Source: an uncultured Actinomycetota bacterium (GTDB lineage Bacteria > Actinomycetota > UBA4738 > HRBIN12). Taken from it: 64,000 nt of DNA. The position numbers were made by a program, and so were the translations under genes. Of this stretch, positions 19,097-29,228 are shown in pieces. The stretch spans positions 24,672 through 88,671 of the forward strand of contig CAVVAK010000004.1 in assembly GCA_963746335.1 (NCBI GenBank). Direction: 5' to 3'. How positions within the stretch are numbered: the first letter of the stretch is position 1; each line of letters begins with the position of its first letter. The notes under the pieces were generated by a model. That model was not told the origin of the DNA, searched no databases, and worked only from the letters and a program-made list of their open reading frames with translations.

Positions 19097-20251
19097 ATGC
19101 GTCAGAAGATATTCAGAAGGACCGCCGAGGGCGAGGGCGAGGAAGGCGCTGTCCTCGTCATCGTCACACTGAGCCTGATCGCACTGTTCGGCATGATGGT
19201 CCTGGTCGTCGACGTGGGCTCACTGCTCTTCACACGGCGCGCCCTGGTCAATGCGGCCGATGCGGCCGCACTCGCAGCCGCCCAGTCCTGCGGCCAGATG
19301 GAAGGTACGGGGATGGCCAATGCGCAGGCCGACCAGTACACCGTTGCCAACCAAAGCGGTGCCGCAGTCGTAGGCGGGTTCCCCAAGTACTTCCCGAGCT
19401 GCGATAACCCCTGGGGCTTCGTTCGCGTGCGGGTATCCACTGATCGACCCCTCTACTTCGCCCCCGTTCTCGGACTCGACTCAGAGACGCCGGTCATGAC
19501 GGAGGCGGTGGCCTCCTGGGGCGGAGCGGGCGCAGGTGAGAAGGTCGCACCCCTGATGCTCTCGGCGCACCGGCTCGGCGACTGCGACATCCCGCCCGCC
19601 GACCCGGACGCGATCCCAGCCGAAGGGGTGGATTGCTACTTCTGGTGGAACAACTCGTCGCCGGGCTCGACCCGGCATGCCCAGGACCTGATGAACGCGG
19701 AATGGGGAACCCTCGACCTCCGCAAATGGGACATCACGACCGGCGTCGGCTGCGACAACTCCACCCCTCCGGAGTTCTCGGAGTGGATGCTGGAGGGCTA
19801 CTTCGAGCCCCTGCCGATCGATTCGTCGCTCTTCGGGGCAGTCGCCGGTGACGGCCGGACATTCGTCTGTCGCGGGCAGGGCAATCGAGGGGGCGCGTTC
19901 GACAACATCATCAACGATGCGATCGCTGCGGGACATCCTCTGTACTTCCCGGTCAACGATCCCCTAACCCAGGTCGATCGCCTTGGGGCGCCGTGCCCGC
20001 CGGCTCCACCGGGCCAGCCCGCGACGTGCTCCGTCGACAAGTACAACATCGTCGGCTTCGCGAAGATGGACATCATCAGCATCTGGCGCGGGAAGAACGA
20101 GGCGCTCGCGAATTGCTCCCACATCCCCGAAGCGGAAGCAGATGCGAACGCCCGGTGCATGCTGGTCCGGTGGAAGGAGTACACGCCCGAGGGTCTCGAC
20201 CCGCAGGGCGGTGAGAACTTCGGTCTCGTGCCCGTCAGGCTGGTCGAGTAG
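19097..20251 (+). CDS. TadE/TadG-like (Flp-pilus assembly type) secreted protein
   Basis: Frame of track ORF 17840..20251, trimmed to ATG 19097 because upstream it runs antisense to the kinase gene. N-terminus EEGAVLVIVTLSLIALFGMMVLVVDVGSLLFTRRALVNAADAAALAAA is the TadE/TadG N-terminal signature. The C-terminal domain is Cys-rich. Confidence 0.75.
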   Translation: MRQKIFRRTAEGEGEEGAVLVIVTLSLIALFGMMVLVVDVGSLLFTRRALVNAADAAALAAAQSCGQMEGTGMANAQADQYTVANQSGAAVVGGFPKYFPSCDNPWGFVRVRVSTDRPLYFAPVLGLDSETPVMTEAVASWGGAGAGEKVAPLMLSAHRLGDCDIPPADPDAIPAEGVDCYFWWNNSSPGSTRHAQDLMNAEWGTLDLRKWDITTGVGCDNSTPPEFSEWMLEGYFEPLPIDSSLFGAVAGDGRTFVCRGQGNRGGAFDNIINDAIAAGHPLYFPVNDPLTQVDRLGAPCPPAPPGQPATCSVDKYNIVGFAKMDIISIWRGKNEALANCSHIPEAEADANARCMLVRWKEYTPEGLDPQGGENFGLVPVRLVE

Positions 20252-20309
20252 ACCTGGCGACCTCCGGTCCGGGTGATATGCATACGCACCCGGACGCGGA
20301 GGACTGCGC

Positions 20310-21602
20310 ATGACCGACCCACTCACGATCGTCTTCATGCCCGAGAGCGCCTACGGGCCTACGAACAACTGCATCGGGATCGGCAAGATCCTCGAGCAGC
20401 GAGGTCACCGCGTCGTGTTCGCCGCCGAGGCCTCGTGGAAGGGTCGTCTCGAACCGCTCGGCTTCCAGGAGGACCTCGTCGACCTCGCACCACCCGCGGA
20501 GGGCGACCAGGACGCCGGCCAGTTCTGGACCGACTTCATCACCAAGACCGCGCCCGAGTTCCGCAAGCCGACGATCGAGCAGCTGGACACCTTCATCAGA
20601 CCCGTCTGGGAGTCCTTGATCGAAGGGGCGAAGTACTGCGAGCCGCAGCTCCGTGAGATCTTGGCCCGAGCGCAGCCCGACGTGATCGTGGAGGACAACG
20701 TGAGCGGCTTCCCGGCGTTGCTCACGCACGGCGCTCCGTGGGTGCGCATCATGAGTTGCAATCCGCTCGAGATGAAGGACCCCGATCTGCCTCCGACCTT
20801 CAGCGGCTATCCGGTCGACGACCCGTCGGGCTGGGAGGAGTTCCGTGCCGAGTACGACAGGACGCATCGAGAGCTCTGGTCTGGCTTCAACGACTGGATG
20901 CTCGAGCAGGGGGCGCCGCCGCTGCCCGACCTCGAGTTCATCCACGGATCCCCGCACCTGAACCTCTCGATCTATCCGGACGCCGCCGACTACCTCCGCA
21001 CGAACCCTCTGGCGCCCACGTGGCACCGTCTCGAGTCGTCCGTGCGCGACACCGAGGAACCATGGACCGTGCCGGGCTCGCTCACCGACGGCGACGATGA
21101 CAGCTCCCTCGTCTACCTGTCCCTCGGTTCGCTCGGATCGGCGGATGTCGACCTGATGCGCCGGCTCGTGGACGTCCTCGCACGCACCCCCCACCGATAC
21201 ATCGTGTCGAAGGGCCCGCGCGCGGACGAGTTCGAGCTCCCGGAAAACATGTGGGGGGACGCGCGTGTGCCGCAGACGAGCATCATCCCCGAGGTCGACC
21301 TGGTGATCACGCACGGGGGGAACAACACGATCACCGAGTCGCTGCACTTCGGGAAGCCGATGGTCGTGCTCCCGCTGTTCTGGGATCAGTACGACAACGC
21401 GCAGCGGATGCACGAGCTCGGCTACGGACTCCGGCTCGCGACCTACGACTTCTCCGACGACGAGCTCGTCGGCGCGGTCGACGGTCTCCTCGAGAACGAG
21501 ACGCTCCGTTCGAACCTTGACGAGCTCGGCGACCGGATCCGGGATCAGAAGGGCGTGCGGAAAGCGGCCGACCTGATCGAGGAGGTGGGACGGGCCGGCT
21601 GA
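20310..21602 (+). CDS. GT1-family UDP-glycosyltransferase (MGT/UGT-like)
   Basis: 430-aa ORF. C-terminal nucleotide-sugar signature VITHGGNNTITESLHFGKPMVVLPLFWDQYDNAQRM. Confidence 0.85.
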   Translation: MTDPLTIVFMPESAYGPTNNCIGIGKILEQRGHRVVFAAEASWKGRLEPLGFQEDLVDLAPPAEGDQDAGQFWTDFITKTAPEFRKPTIEQLDTFIRPVWESLIEGAKYCEPQLREILARAQPDVIVEDNVSGFPALLTHGAPWVRIMSCNPLEMKDPDLPPTFSGYPVDDPSGWEEFRAEYDRTHRELWSGFNDWMLEQGAPPLPDLEFIHGSPHLNLSIYPDAADYLRTNPLAPTWHRLESSVRDTEEPWTVPGSLTDGDDDSSLVYLSLGSLGSADVDLMRRLVDVLARTPHRYIVSKGPRADEFELPENMWGDARVPQTSIIPEVDLVITHGGNNTITESLHFGKPMVVLPLFWDQYDNAQRMHELGYGLRLATYDFSDDELVGAVDGLLENETLRSNLDELGDRIRDQKGVRKAADLIEEVGRAG

Positions 21603-21612
21603 CTCGAGCGGG

Positions 21613-23196
21613 TCAGGCGATGCCCGTCGGGGACGCGATGATGTCCCTGAGTTGCTTCTGAGCCATGCGACACAGCACGATGTCGGGGGCATCGTCGCAG
21701 AACCCGTCGATCGGGAACGGCGTGAAGAGCTCATCCGTCCACGGCTGAGCTCCGCACGTCTCGATCGCCAGCAGGGCTCGCGGGCGCGGATGCCCCGCTC
21801 GCGCGACACCGTAGGTAGGTTCGCCCCCAGACGCGGTGCTCACGCAATACGTCGTCGAGGCTTGCACCAGGACCAGGTCGACCCGTTCGTCCGTCGAGTC
21901 CACGACGCGCACCGTGAGCTCCGGAACGAAGGTCGATCGCCGAGCCGGCAGCCCGTCGGCCCACAGGAGGTGGGGAGCGGACTCGCGCGCCGACGCGGCA
22001 TCGAATCCCTCGAAGGAGCCGTGAGCATCTCGGTAGCCGACGGCGACCGCGAGGGCCTCGTCGAGCGTCAGCCGAGAACGCAGATCGACCACGCGATCAC
22101 GTGCCCCGAGATAGGTGGGGAGCGGCGTGGAGATCTGGAACGGGAGCGGGTCGAAGGCGAACATCACCGTGGTGACCGCGAGCGCACCGAGCCCGAGTCC
22201 GTAGGCGATCGAGATCGGTCGTAGACGCCGCGATCCCTCGGAGCCGGGGTCCACCTGGAAGCCCCGCTGACGCGCGATGAACGCGGACGCCGCGGCACCG
22301 GCGAACCCCATGAGCGCCAGTGGAACGGCCGCGCGGAAGTACGTGAACGCCGTGTAGTCGTACAGCGTTCCGACGATCGCGGTCGCTCCTCCGAGGGAAA
22401 CGAGGCACGCGACGGGAGCGATCGTCCAGAGGGGCCGCCGCCGGCCGACCGGCAACAGGAGGCCGAAGCTCACCATCACGAGCCCCTGGATGAACCATCC
22501 GCCCTCGAGATAGAGGCTCGCGCCGATGACGGAATGGGCTCCCCACTCGATGATCGCCGACGCTCCGGCAGCGATCACGCACGCGAGCAGCACCGCCTTG
22601 CCCGAGAAACCCGCGCGTGGCGCCTTCGCCGGGCGGAACAGCGCGATCATCGCGAGGACGGGCAGCGCCAGGAGCACCAGATCCGCTCCGATCGCCAGTG
22701 GGTGATCGGGGCGCCAGACCGACGATGGAAGGCCCCCCGCGGTCCAGGGAGCCCACGGGCCGAGGAACAGCTGCGGCGTCGACGTGTGCTCGAACGGAGC
22801 CCAGTACGACGACCATGCCCACGAGCTGAGATGCGCGAGGAACGTGATCGCGAGCGGCGCGAGCATCGGGACGAACGCGAGGACCCGCCGGCCCCTGAGC
22901 GCGAGCACGACGGCCGGAACGAGCGCCGCGAGGCTCACCAGGGCGGACGAGGCGAGGTAGACGCCCAGCGTCCTGCCCAACGTGACCTGGCAGGGCAGGT
23001 CCTGCGGCGACATCTCCAGGCGAACGCACTGCTGTGAGCTCCAGGCGTGCATGCTTCCGGCCATCGGGATCCGAGTGAACGCCCAGAGCGTGGCGCTCAA
23101 GGCGAACACGAACGCGAGCACGACCCACCGCCACACACCCTCCGACCGGAGGGTGCCGAACCGTGGGAGGGGCACCGCGAGGTTCGCCACGCTCAT
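21613..23196 (-). CDS. Polytopic membrane protein with a Cys-containing C-terminal soluble domain, unknown function
   Basis: 527-aa ORF. About 10 hydrophobic segments, then a polar 170-aa tail (LTLDEALAVAVGYRDAHGSFEGF...IETCGAQPWTDELFTPFPIDGFCDDAPDIVLC). No family recognised. Confidence 0.65.
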   Translation of the reverse strand: MSVANLAVPLPRFGTLRSEGVWRWVVLAFVFALSATLWAFTRIPMAGSMHAWSSQQCVRLEMSPQDLPCQVTLGRTLGVYLASSALVSLAALVPAVVLALRGRRVLAFVPMLAPLAITFLAHLSSWAWSSYWAPFEHTSTPQLFLGPWAPWTAGGLPSSVWRPDHPLAIGADLVLLALPVLAMIALFRPAKAPRAGFSGKAVLLACVIAAGASAIIEWGAHSVIGASLYLEGGWFIQGLVMVSFGLLLPVGRRRPLWTIAPVACLVSLGGATAIVGTLYDYTAFTYFRAAVPLALMGFAGAAASAFIARQRGFQVDPGSEGSRRLRPISIAYGLGLGALAVTTVMFAFDPLPFQISTPLPTYLGARDRVVDLRSRLTLDEALAVAVGYRDAHGSFEGFDAASARESAPHLLWADGLPARRSTFVPELTVRVVDSTDERVDLVLVQASTTYCVSTASGGEPTYGVARAGHPRPRALLAIETCGAQPWTDELFTPFPIDGFCDDAPDIVLCRMAQKQLRDIIASPTGIA

Positions 23197-23239
23197 GCAC
23201 GAGGTATCGGGTCGCGACGGTCCTGGCTGAATGCCTGGT

Positions 23240-23974
23240 TCATGCGGGTGGTCCCGCAGCTTCGAAACGCCCCCGATAGGACTGGGACACCGCCTCGAGC
23301 ATCGCCTCGTCGGTCAACCCATCCGGTACCGAACCCACGCGTCCTCGGACCGAGGACGCCAGCTGGCCGGCCAGTCGTTGCCTCGCCGAAGGATCGAGCG
23401 ACCCCCGTCGCGAAAGGAATGAGCGGATCACGTCGTACTCGCGCTCCGTCAACCCGGTCGCGTCGACCGTGGGAAGGGTCGATCCCCCGGGCGAGGCGAT
23501 CATCTCGGGCGCGACGAGCCGGCCCTCCCGGATCACCATCGTGCCCGCAGCCAGGTCGCCGAGGCGCTGCGCCCGTGCGGTGACGAGCATGGAGATCACC
23601 GCGAGGAACGGGAAGAGGAGCACGTCGACGATCCGGATCAGGTTGCGAACGAGGATCGCCGCTCCTCCTGCAGGCTGCCCGTCGGTGCGCACCACGCGCA
23701 GGCGTTGCGCGCGCTTGCCGGGCGTACGTCCCCGTCCGAAGAACTCGAACAGCGGGTAGTACCCCCAGACGATCAGGAAGATCACCGCGTAGATGACGAC
23801 GATCTCGACCGTGCTCGAGATGTCACCGAAGCCGACCCCGATCAGGATCGGGATCACGATCGCCAGCTGGATCAGCGAGTCTACGATCCAGGCGATCATC
23901 CTCGAGCCGAGACCCGCCACGTCGACGCTGACGGTCACCGCTTCGGGAGTGACCGTTCGATCGGGCCTGCTCAA
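23240..23974 (-). CDS. RDD-family membrane protein
   Basis: 244-aa ORF. Motifs: GSRMIAWIVDSLIQ, TPGKRAQRLRVVRTDG, ILVRNLIRIVD. Confidence 0.85.
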   Translation of the reverse strand: MSRPDRTVTPEAVTVSVDVAGLGSRMIAWIVDSLIQLAIVIPILIGVGFGDISSTVEIVVIYAVIFLIVWGYYPLFEFFGRGRTPGKRAQRLRVVRTDGQPAGGAAILVRNLIRIVDVLLFPFLAVISMLVTARAQRLGDLAAGTMVIREGRLVAPEMIASPGGSTLPTVDATGLTEREYDVIRSFLSRRGSLDPSARQRLAGQLASSVRGRVGSVPDGLTDEAMLEAVSQSYRGRFEAAGPPA

Positions 23975-24006
23975 CGTGGCTCACCCTCCCACGTAGACTC
24001 GCGTCG

Positions 24007-25020
24007 ATGGATCTCGACTCATACATCCAAGCGCATCGGCAGGAATGGGCACAGCTGGAGGAGCGGGCCGCAGGAGGGAACCGCGCGCTCGGGGGGCGTT
24101 CGGGCGAGGACATCTCTGAGGCGGTGGTCCTGTACCTCCGCGCGTCGTCCCACCTGGCCGAGGTCCAGACCCGATATCACGATCCCGCGTTGGAGCACTA
24201 CCTCAACGGGTTGGTCGTGCGGGCCCACGGAGCGATCTACGGTGCGGCGCCTGCGTCGGCTCGATCGTTCCTCAGGTTCTTCGGGACGCGTTATCGCGAG
24301 GTGTTCCGCCGGACGTCGCCCTTCATCGCCGTCGTCGGTGTGCTCATGGCCGTCCTGGTGCTCGCGACCGACCTGTGGGTGGCAGGCTCACGGGAGGCGC
24401 AGGCCGGGTTGCTGCCGCCGGCCGCCCGTGAAGCGATCAGGGGGGCGGGCGAGGGAACGAGCCTCGGCGACGCCGGCAGCTCCGGTGCGCTGTCCGCGCT
24501 GATCTTCCAGAACAACGTGCAGGTGTCGTTCCTCGCGTTCGCGCTCGGCATCACGTTCGGGATCGGGACGATCTACGTGATCATGTCGAACGCGGTCTTC
24601 ATCGGGCTGCTCGCCGGCAGCTACCAAGCCGCCGGGGAGGGATGGCGCTTCTGGTCGCTCGTGCTCCCCCATGGGTTCCTCGAGCTGATCGCCATCTGCA
24701 TCGCCGGCGGCGCCGGTCTGCGGATGGGATGGGCGCTGATCGAGCCTGGCGACCGGCCGCGAGGAACGGCGCTGGGCGAGGAGGCTCGCGACGCGGTGCT
24801 CGTGATCCTCGGCGTGATCCCGGCGTTCCTGGTGGCCGCGCTCATCGAAGGGTTCGTGACCGGCCGCACAGGCGCGCCGGCGGTCGAGGTCACGATCGGC
24901 GCCGTCGTGGCGGCGGCCTACCTGGCCCTGCTCCTTCGCCCCGGGGCAGCGCCGGTTGCCGCGCCGGCGACTCCAGACCGCGCCTACAGCGGCGCGGTCA
25001 GAGCCGGCCCATCGACTTGA
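24007..25020 (+). CDS. SpoIIM-like (DUF95) membrane protein
   Basis: 337-aa ORF. Motifs: FQNNVQVSFLAFALGITFGIGTIYVIMSNAVFIG, LPHGFLELIAICIAGGAGLRMG. Its 3' end overlaps the DUF58 gene 3' end by 23 nt. Confidence 0.8.
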   Translation: MDLDSYIQAHRQEWAQLEERAAGGNRALGGRSGEDISEAVVLYLRASSHLAEVQTRYHDPALEHYLNGLVVRAHGAIYGAAPASARSFLRFFGTRYREVFRRTSPFIAVVGVLMAVLVLATDLWVAGSREAQAGLLPPAAREAIRGAGEGTSLGDAGSSGALSALIFQNNVQVSFLAFALGITFGIGTIYVIMSNAVFIGLLAGSYQAAGEGWRFWSLVLPHGFLELIAICIAGGAGLRMGWALIEPGDRPRGTALGEEARDAVLVILGVIPAFLVAALIEGFVTGRTGAPAVEVTIGAVVAAAYLALLLRPGAAPVAAPATPDRAYSGAVRAGPST

Positions 25021-26302
25021 TCCGCAGGTACTCGTCGGCGACCGCGGCCGCGAGCTTGCCGGGCTGGGCGTCGATCACGGTGGCACCGAAGGACCTGATG
25101 TGAGCGGCGGCCTCATCGCGCCACGTCACGAACTCCGCCGCCGACGCCTTGTCGTAGGCGTCCTCCGAGGTCCACGGGATCGACGTGGCGAGCGCCTCGA
25201 CAACCGGGTCGCGGACGCTCGCCACCACGACGAGATGTCTGGAGACGAGCACCGGGATCGCCCGCAGCAGCGGTTCGAGGACGGAGACTTCGGAGAGATC
25301 CGTGAACAGGACGAGCCACGCTCGACGCCTGTGCCGCGCCAGCAGTGCGGCGAACGCGCCCGGATAGTTCGCCGCGTGGAGGCCCGGCTCCAGGTCGAAC
25401 AGGAGGCTCAGGATGCGAGGTGGCTGGGATGGCCCGCCGCGGGGCTCGACGAACGCCCGCACATCTCGGCCGAACGCGAGCGCGCCGACGTGATCGCCGA
25501 CGCGGGCCGCGAGGTCCGCGACGGCGATCGCCGCATCCAACGAGTGCTCGAGACGCGACACGCCGTCGACCTGACCCGCGGTGGCTCTGCTCGCGTCGAG
25601 GAGCATCACGACCTGCTGGTTGTGCTCCTCGCGATATTCGTTGGCGATCGGCCGCGGCGAACGAGCGGTGGCCTTCCAGTTGATGCGCCGGAACTCGTCG
25701 TCCGGACGATATTCGCGGAGCGAGTCGAACTCATCGCTCCCGCCTCGATACGCGGACGAACGCAGGCCGGACTGGAGCAACTGCGCGTGCCGGAAGCGGA
25801 GCTCGACCTCCGCCCGCCCGCGCAGCGCCGGGTAGACCTTCACATCGTCGATGAGCGTGATCGTCGACTGTCGTCCGGCGACCCCCAGTGGGCCGGCAAC
25901 TCGGATCGTCAGGGGGCCGATGCGGGCCCGACCTCGTCGGGCCGGACGGACCTCTGCGCGCAGTTCGGTCCACGCACCCGGCTCGATCGAGACGTGGTGA
26001 CGACGGGGCTCCCGCCGCATCGAGGGCACCGTGGCGTCATGGACGTCGACCGCGAGCGACCTCCCGGTGGGGTTGTTGATACCCACGACGACCGCCGCCG
26101 GGCGATCCATCCGTAGCACCGCCGCGACCTCGCGGCCGGGACGGAGCGCTTCGGGACGGGGGGCACGCAGGATGTCCGACACCACCGCGACGACGAGGAG
26201 TGCTGTCGTCGCCACGAGCGCCGGAGCCGGATCGCCCGGCGCAACCGCGGCGACCGCCCCCGCGACCAGGACCGCTCCCACGAGTCGCCGGCGCAGATGC
26301 AT
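24998..26302 (-). CDS. DUF58 (vWA-like) protein, MoxR partner
   Basis: 434-aa ORF with two N-terminal hydrophobic helices. DUF58 core GGSDEFDSLREYRPDDEFRRINWKATARSPRPIANEYREEHNQQVVMLLD. Confidence 0.85.
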   Translation of the reverse strand: MHLRRRLVGAVLVAGAVAAVAPGDPAPALVATTALLVVAVVSDILRAPRPEALRPGREVAAVLRMDRPAAVVVGINNPTGRSLAVDVHDATVPSMRREPRRHHVSIEPGAWTELRAEVRPARRGRARIGPLTIRVAGPLGVAGRQSTITLIDDVKVYPALRGRAEVELRFRHAQLLQSGLRSSAYRGGSDEFDSLREYRPDDEFRRINWKATARSPRPIANEYREEHNQQVVMLLDASRATAGQVDGVSRLEHSLDAAIAVADLAARVGDHVGALAFGRDVRAFVEPRGGPSQPPRILSLLFDLEPGLHAANYPGAFAALLARHRRRAWLVLFTDLSEVSVLEPLLRAIPVLVSRHLVVVASVRDPVVEALATSIPWTSEDAYDKASAAEFVTWRDEAAAHIRSFGATVIDAQPGKLAAAVADEYLRIKSMGRL

Positions 26303-26305
26303 GGG

Positions 26306-27256
26306 CTACCGGGGCACGGCGACCCGTTCCCCGACACCGTCGAGGACCGAGTCCGCCGTGGCTCCCTCCAGCTCGATCTCGGGTCGCAGCACGACGCGAT
26401 GTCTCCAGGCGGGCTTGACCAGACCCTTCACGTCGTCGGGAGTGACGAAGTCCCGGCGCGCGAGGTACGCCCACGCCTTCGAGGCCGTGAGCAACATGGC
26501 AGCCCCGCGCGGGCTCACACCCAGGGACAGCGCCGGCGTCCGACGCGTCTCCTCCGTGAGGTCGAGGACGTAGCTCACGATCTCGTCGTCGACCCGGACC
26601 TCCTTGACCGCATCCGCCCCCGCCCGCAGGTCGTCGGCTCCCGCGACGGGCCGGACGCCGAGCGAATCGAGGTCGTGCGGATCCTTGCCCCCGTGGTGCA
26701 TCTCGAGGACGGCCCGCTCCGCATCGCGACCGGGATAGCCCACGGAGAGCTTGAAGAGGAACCGATCCAACTGGGCCTCGGGGAGCGGGTACGTTCCCTC
26801 GAACTCGATGGGGTTCTGTGTGGCGGCGACGAGGAACGGGTCGGGGAGGGCACGGCTCTCCCCCTCGGTGGTGACCTGCCGCTCCTCCATCGCCTCCAAG
26901 AGCGCTGACTGCGTCTTCGGCGGCGTGCGATTGATCTCGTCGGCGAGCAGGAGGTTCGTGAACACCGGACCGGGCCGGAACCGGAACTCGCCGGTACTCC
27001 CCTCGTAGATCACGTTCCCGGTCACGTCGGAGGGCATCAGGTCGGGTGCGAGCTGGACCCTCGAGAACTCCAGGTCGAGGGAGCGGGCGAGCGCCTTGAC
27101 GGTGAGCGTCTTCGCCACGCCGGGGACCCCTTCCAGGATCACGTGTCCGCGCACGAGCAGCGCCGCCAGGAGTCCCGACACCACGGGATCCTGGCCGATC
27201 ACCGCCTTGCCGACCTGTTCGCGGACCGCCTCGAGCGCTTCTCTCGGCTCCGTCAC
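26306..27256 (-). CDS. MoxR-family AAA+ ATPase
   Basis: 316-aa ORF. Motifs: VIGQDPVVSGLLAALLVRGHVILEGVPGVAKT (Walker A), LLADEINRTPPKTQSALLEAMEERQVT (Walker B/sensor). GTG start overlaps the upstream stop (GTGA). Confidence 0.95.
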   Translation of the reverse strand: MTEPREALEAVREQVGKAVIGQDPVVSGLLAALLVRGHVILEGVPGVAKTLTVKALARSLDLEFSRVQLAPDLMPSDVTGNVIYEGSTGEFRFRPGPVFTNLLLADEINRTPPKTQSALLEAMEERQVTTEGESRALPDPFLVAATQNPIEFEGTYPLPEAQLDRFLFKLSVGYPGRDAERAVLEMHHGGKDPHDLDSLGVRPVAGADDLRAGADAVKEVRVDDEIVSYVLDLTEETRRTPALSLGVSPRGAAMLLTASKAWAYLARRDFVTPDDVKGLVKPAWRHRVVLRPEIELEGATADSVLDGVGERVAVPR

Positions 27257-28287
27257 GCCGGACCTCCCCTGGCTCGCATCTCGACTTCCGCCAGGAGGCT
27301 ACCCAGGCGGATGAGCTCCTCGTCGGTCTTCGGTTCGGGCCCGGCGAGCGCATCCTCCACACGATCCGATGGCATCCCGGTCGCGTGCGCGGCGACGGCA
27401 GGAAGGGCATCGTGCCCCGGCTCGACGCCGAAGCGCCGGCCCATCCGAGCTCGGGTCGACTCCCGCATCACGCGGGCCGCGTAGCTGAGACTTCGGCCAC
27501 GGCGGTAGAGGCGCGATGTCGCCCGAACAAGCTCGCTCGCCGGGATCGGCGTGATCGGCTCCTCCATCACCGGCTTGCCCAGCCTCCGGCCGCGCACCGC
27601 CGCGAACGCGACCGCCGCCAGACCGATCGCGACGACCATCGCTTTCGCTCGATCCGGCAGGGCTGCCCAGACGCTCATCGGCGACGCCCCTCCTTGTGGA
27701 GCGGTCGGCGTGCCGAACGTCACCGCCGATCCGCTCCCCAGCGTCCGAAGAGCGAACAGGGCGTTGTCGGCCGACCGCAGATATTCGTTGGTGAACGCGG
27801 TGAAGCCGCCCAGGAGCACGACGCTGCCGTCACCGTGCGCCCGCACCAGCACGACACCACCGAAGCAGGAGACGAACCGATCGCCGCGGAGCGTCCGCTC
27901 CGACGCCCTGGCGACGACCCGTCGCACGCCCACCACCTCTTCCGCGAGACACGCCGGCTCCAACGTCTGCGCGCCGACGAGACCGAGTGGCTCGCCGGCC
28001 TCGGCGCCGGCGAGTCCCACGACCGGAGAGGCCGGGTCGGCGACGACGAGCCGGCCTCCGCCCTCCGCCCAGTCCAAGAGCGACCGAGCCTCCTCCGGCG
28101 TGCGGAGATCGTGCAGCAAGACGTAGGTCCCGTCGGCCGAGGGCGGCGGTCCCCCCTCGGACACGTCTAGGCCCGACGTCGCGAGGAACCGTCGGAGGGC
28201 GAGCGTCGACTCACCGGACTCCGCCCGCGGCATCCACAGGACCAACACCACGAGGAGCACCACGATGGTCAGCCAGACGGAGATCAT
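27253..28287 (-). CDS. DUF4350-like membrane-anchored protein
   Basis: Frame of track ORF 27253..28995, trimmed to ATG 28287 (MISVWLTIVVLLVVLVLWMP...). An alternative GTG at 28299 would overlap the upstream stop. A second hydrophobic helix AKAMVVAIGLAAVAFAAV follows. Position between DUF4129 and MoxR is typical of the family. Confidence 0.7.
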   Translation of the reverse strand: MISVWLTIVVLLVVLVLWMPRAESGESTLALRRFLATSGLDVSEGGPPPSADGTYVLLHDLRTPEEARSLLDWAEGGGRLVVADPASPVVGLAGAEAGEPLGLVGAQTLEPACLAEEVVGVRRVVARASERTLRGDRFVSCFGGVVLVRAHGDGSVVLLGGFTAFTNEYLRSADNALFALRTLGSGSAVTFGTPTAPQGGASPMSVWAALPDRAKAMVVAIGLAAVAFAAVRGRRLGKPVMEEPITPIPASELVRATSRLYRRGRSLSYAARVMRESTRARMGRRFGVEPGHDALPAVAAHATGMPSDRVEDALAGPEPKTDEELIRLGSLLAEVEMRARGGPA

Positions 28288-28295
28288 CCGCCTGC

Positions 28296-29228
28296 TCACG
28301 CGGACCTCGCGAGCGTGACCGCTCTGCGCATCGTGTCGACCTCGTCGGGCCCGGGGGCGGCGCCCCCGTAGGCCACACGCTCGAAGGTACCGGTGGCCTC
28401 GGATACCGCCTCGAACAGGTCGGGTCGAACGACACGCACGGTCGATCGGGCTTCTCCGGCAGTGAGCGCGGGAACGTCCATCAGGAGGCCTCGTCCCGAC
28501 AGCGAGGCGAGCAATCCTCGATAGAAGGCGTGGATCGCGCCGTGCAGGTCGCCTGCCCGGAACGCATCCTCCGCGCGCGCGATCCAGTCGACGCGCTGGC
28601 TCGTCGTGGAGGACCCGACGACCATCGACGTCTCGGGGACGAGCCGCAGGCGACGGAGCAGCCAGAACGCGAGCAACCCGAGCCCGACGATCGCCGCCCA
28701 CGCGACGAGCGTGCCGGCTCCCCTGAAGGCGAACACCCGCGAGAGGAAGCCCTGGATGAACTCGATGACCGCTCGGCGGATCCGTTCGACGAGACCCGGC
28801 TCCACCTGGATCGCACCCCGGTAGGCAGCGTCGAGTGCGGTCTCGACGTCGCCGGGATCGACCGGACGTGCATCGACGGCGCGGTCGAGGGCTCCGTGCA
28901 TCGCCTGTATCCGGACACCTGCTCGGCGGAAATCTGCCGCCTCGTCCCCGCCCAGCCGTTGGAGCGTCGGATCCGCTTCGATCGATGCGGTCCACCCCTC
29001 TATCCGAACGACCACGGGGAAGCCGAGCGTGTCACGGATCTCCGTCATCCGAGCGCGGGAGGGATCCGTTTCGCCCGCCTCGGCGAGCGACGCGGCGCTC
29101 GCCAGGCGCGCTCGCAGCTCCTCGATGGGGATCGCCGTCTGCGCCGAAGCGCCGGCGGCGATCCCGACGACGAGGCCGAGCGCCAAGCCCGTGACGAGGA
29201 AGAGGGAGAGCGGGGAGACCCTCCTCAC
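28296..29228 (-). CDS. DUF4129-domain membrane protein
   Basis: Frame of track ORF 28296..30005, trimmed to GTG 29228, which overlaps the upstream TGA. N-terminal signal/anchor VSPLSLFLVTGLALGLVVGIAAGASA. C-terminal DAFRAGDLHGAIHAFYRGLLASL...TAGEARSTV...FERVAYGG. Confidence 0.75.
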   Translation of the reverse strand: MRRVSPLSLFLVTGLALGLVVGIAAGASAQTAIPIEELRARLASAASLAEAGETDPSRARMTEIRDTLGFPVVVRIEGWTASIEADPTLQRLGGDEAADFRRAGVRIQAMHGALDRAVDARPVDPGDVETALDAAYRGAIQVEPGLVERIRRAVIEFIQGFLSRVFAFRGAGTLVAWAAIVGLGLLAFWLLRRLRLVPETSMVVGSSTTSQRVDWIARAEDAFRAGDLHGAIHAFYRGLLASLSGRGLLMDVPALTAGEARSTVRVVRPDLFEAVSEATGTFERVAYGGAAPGPDEVDTMRRAVTLARSA

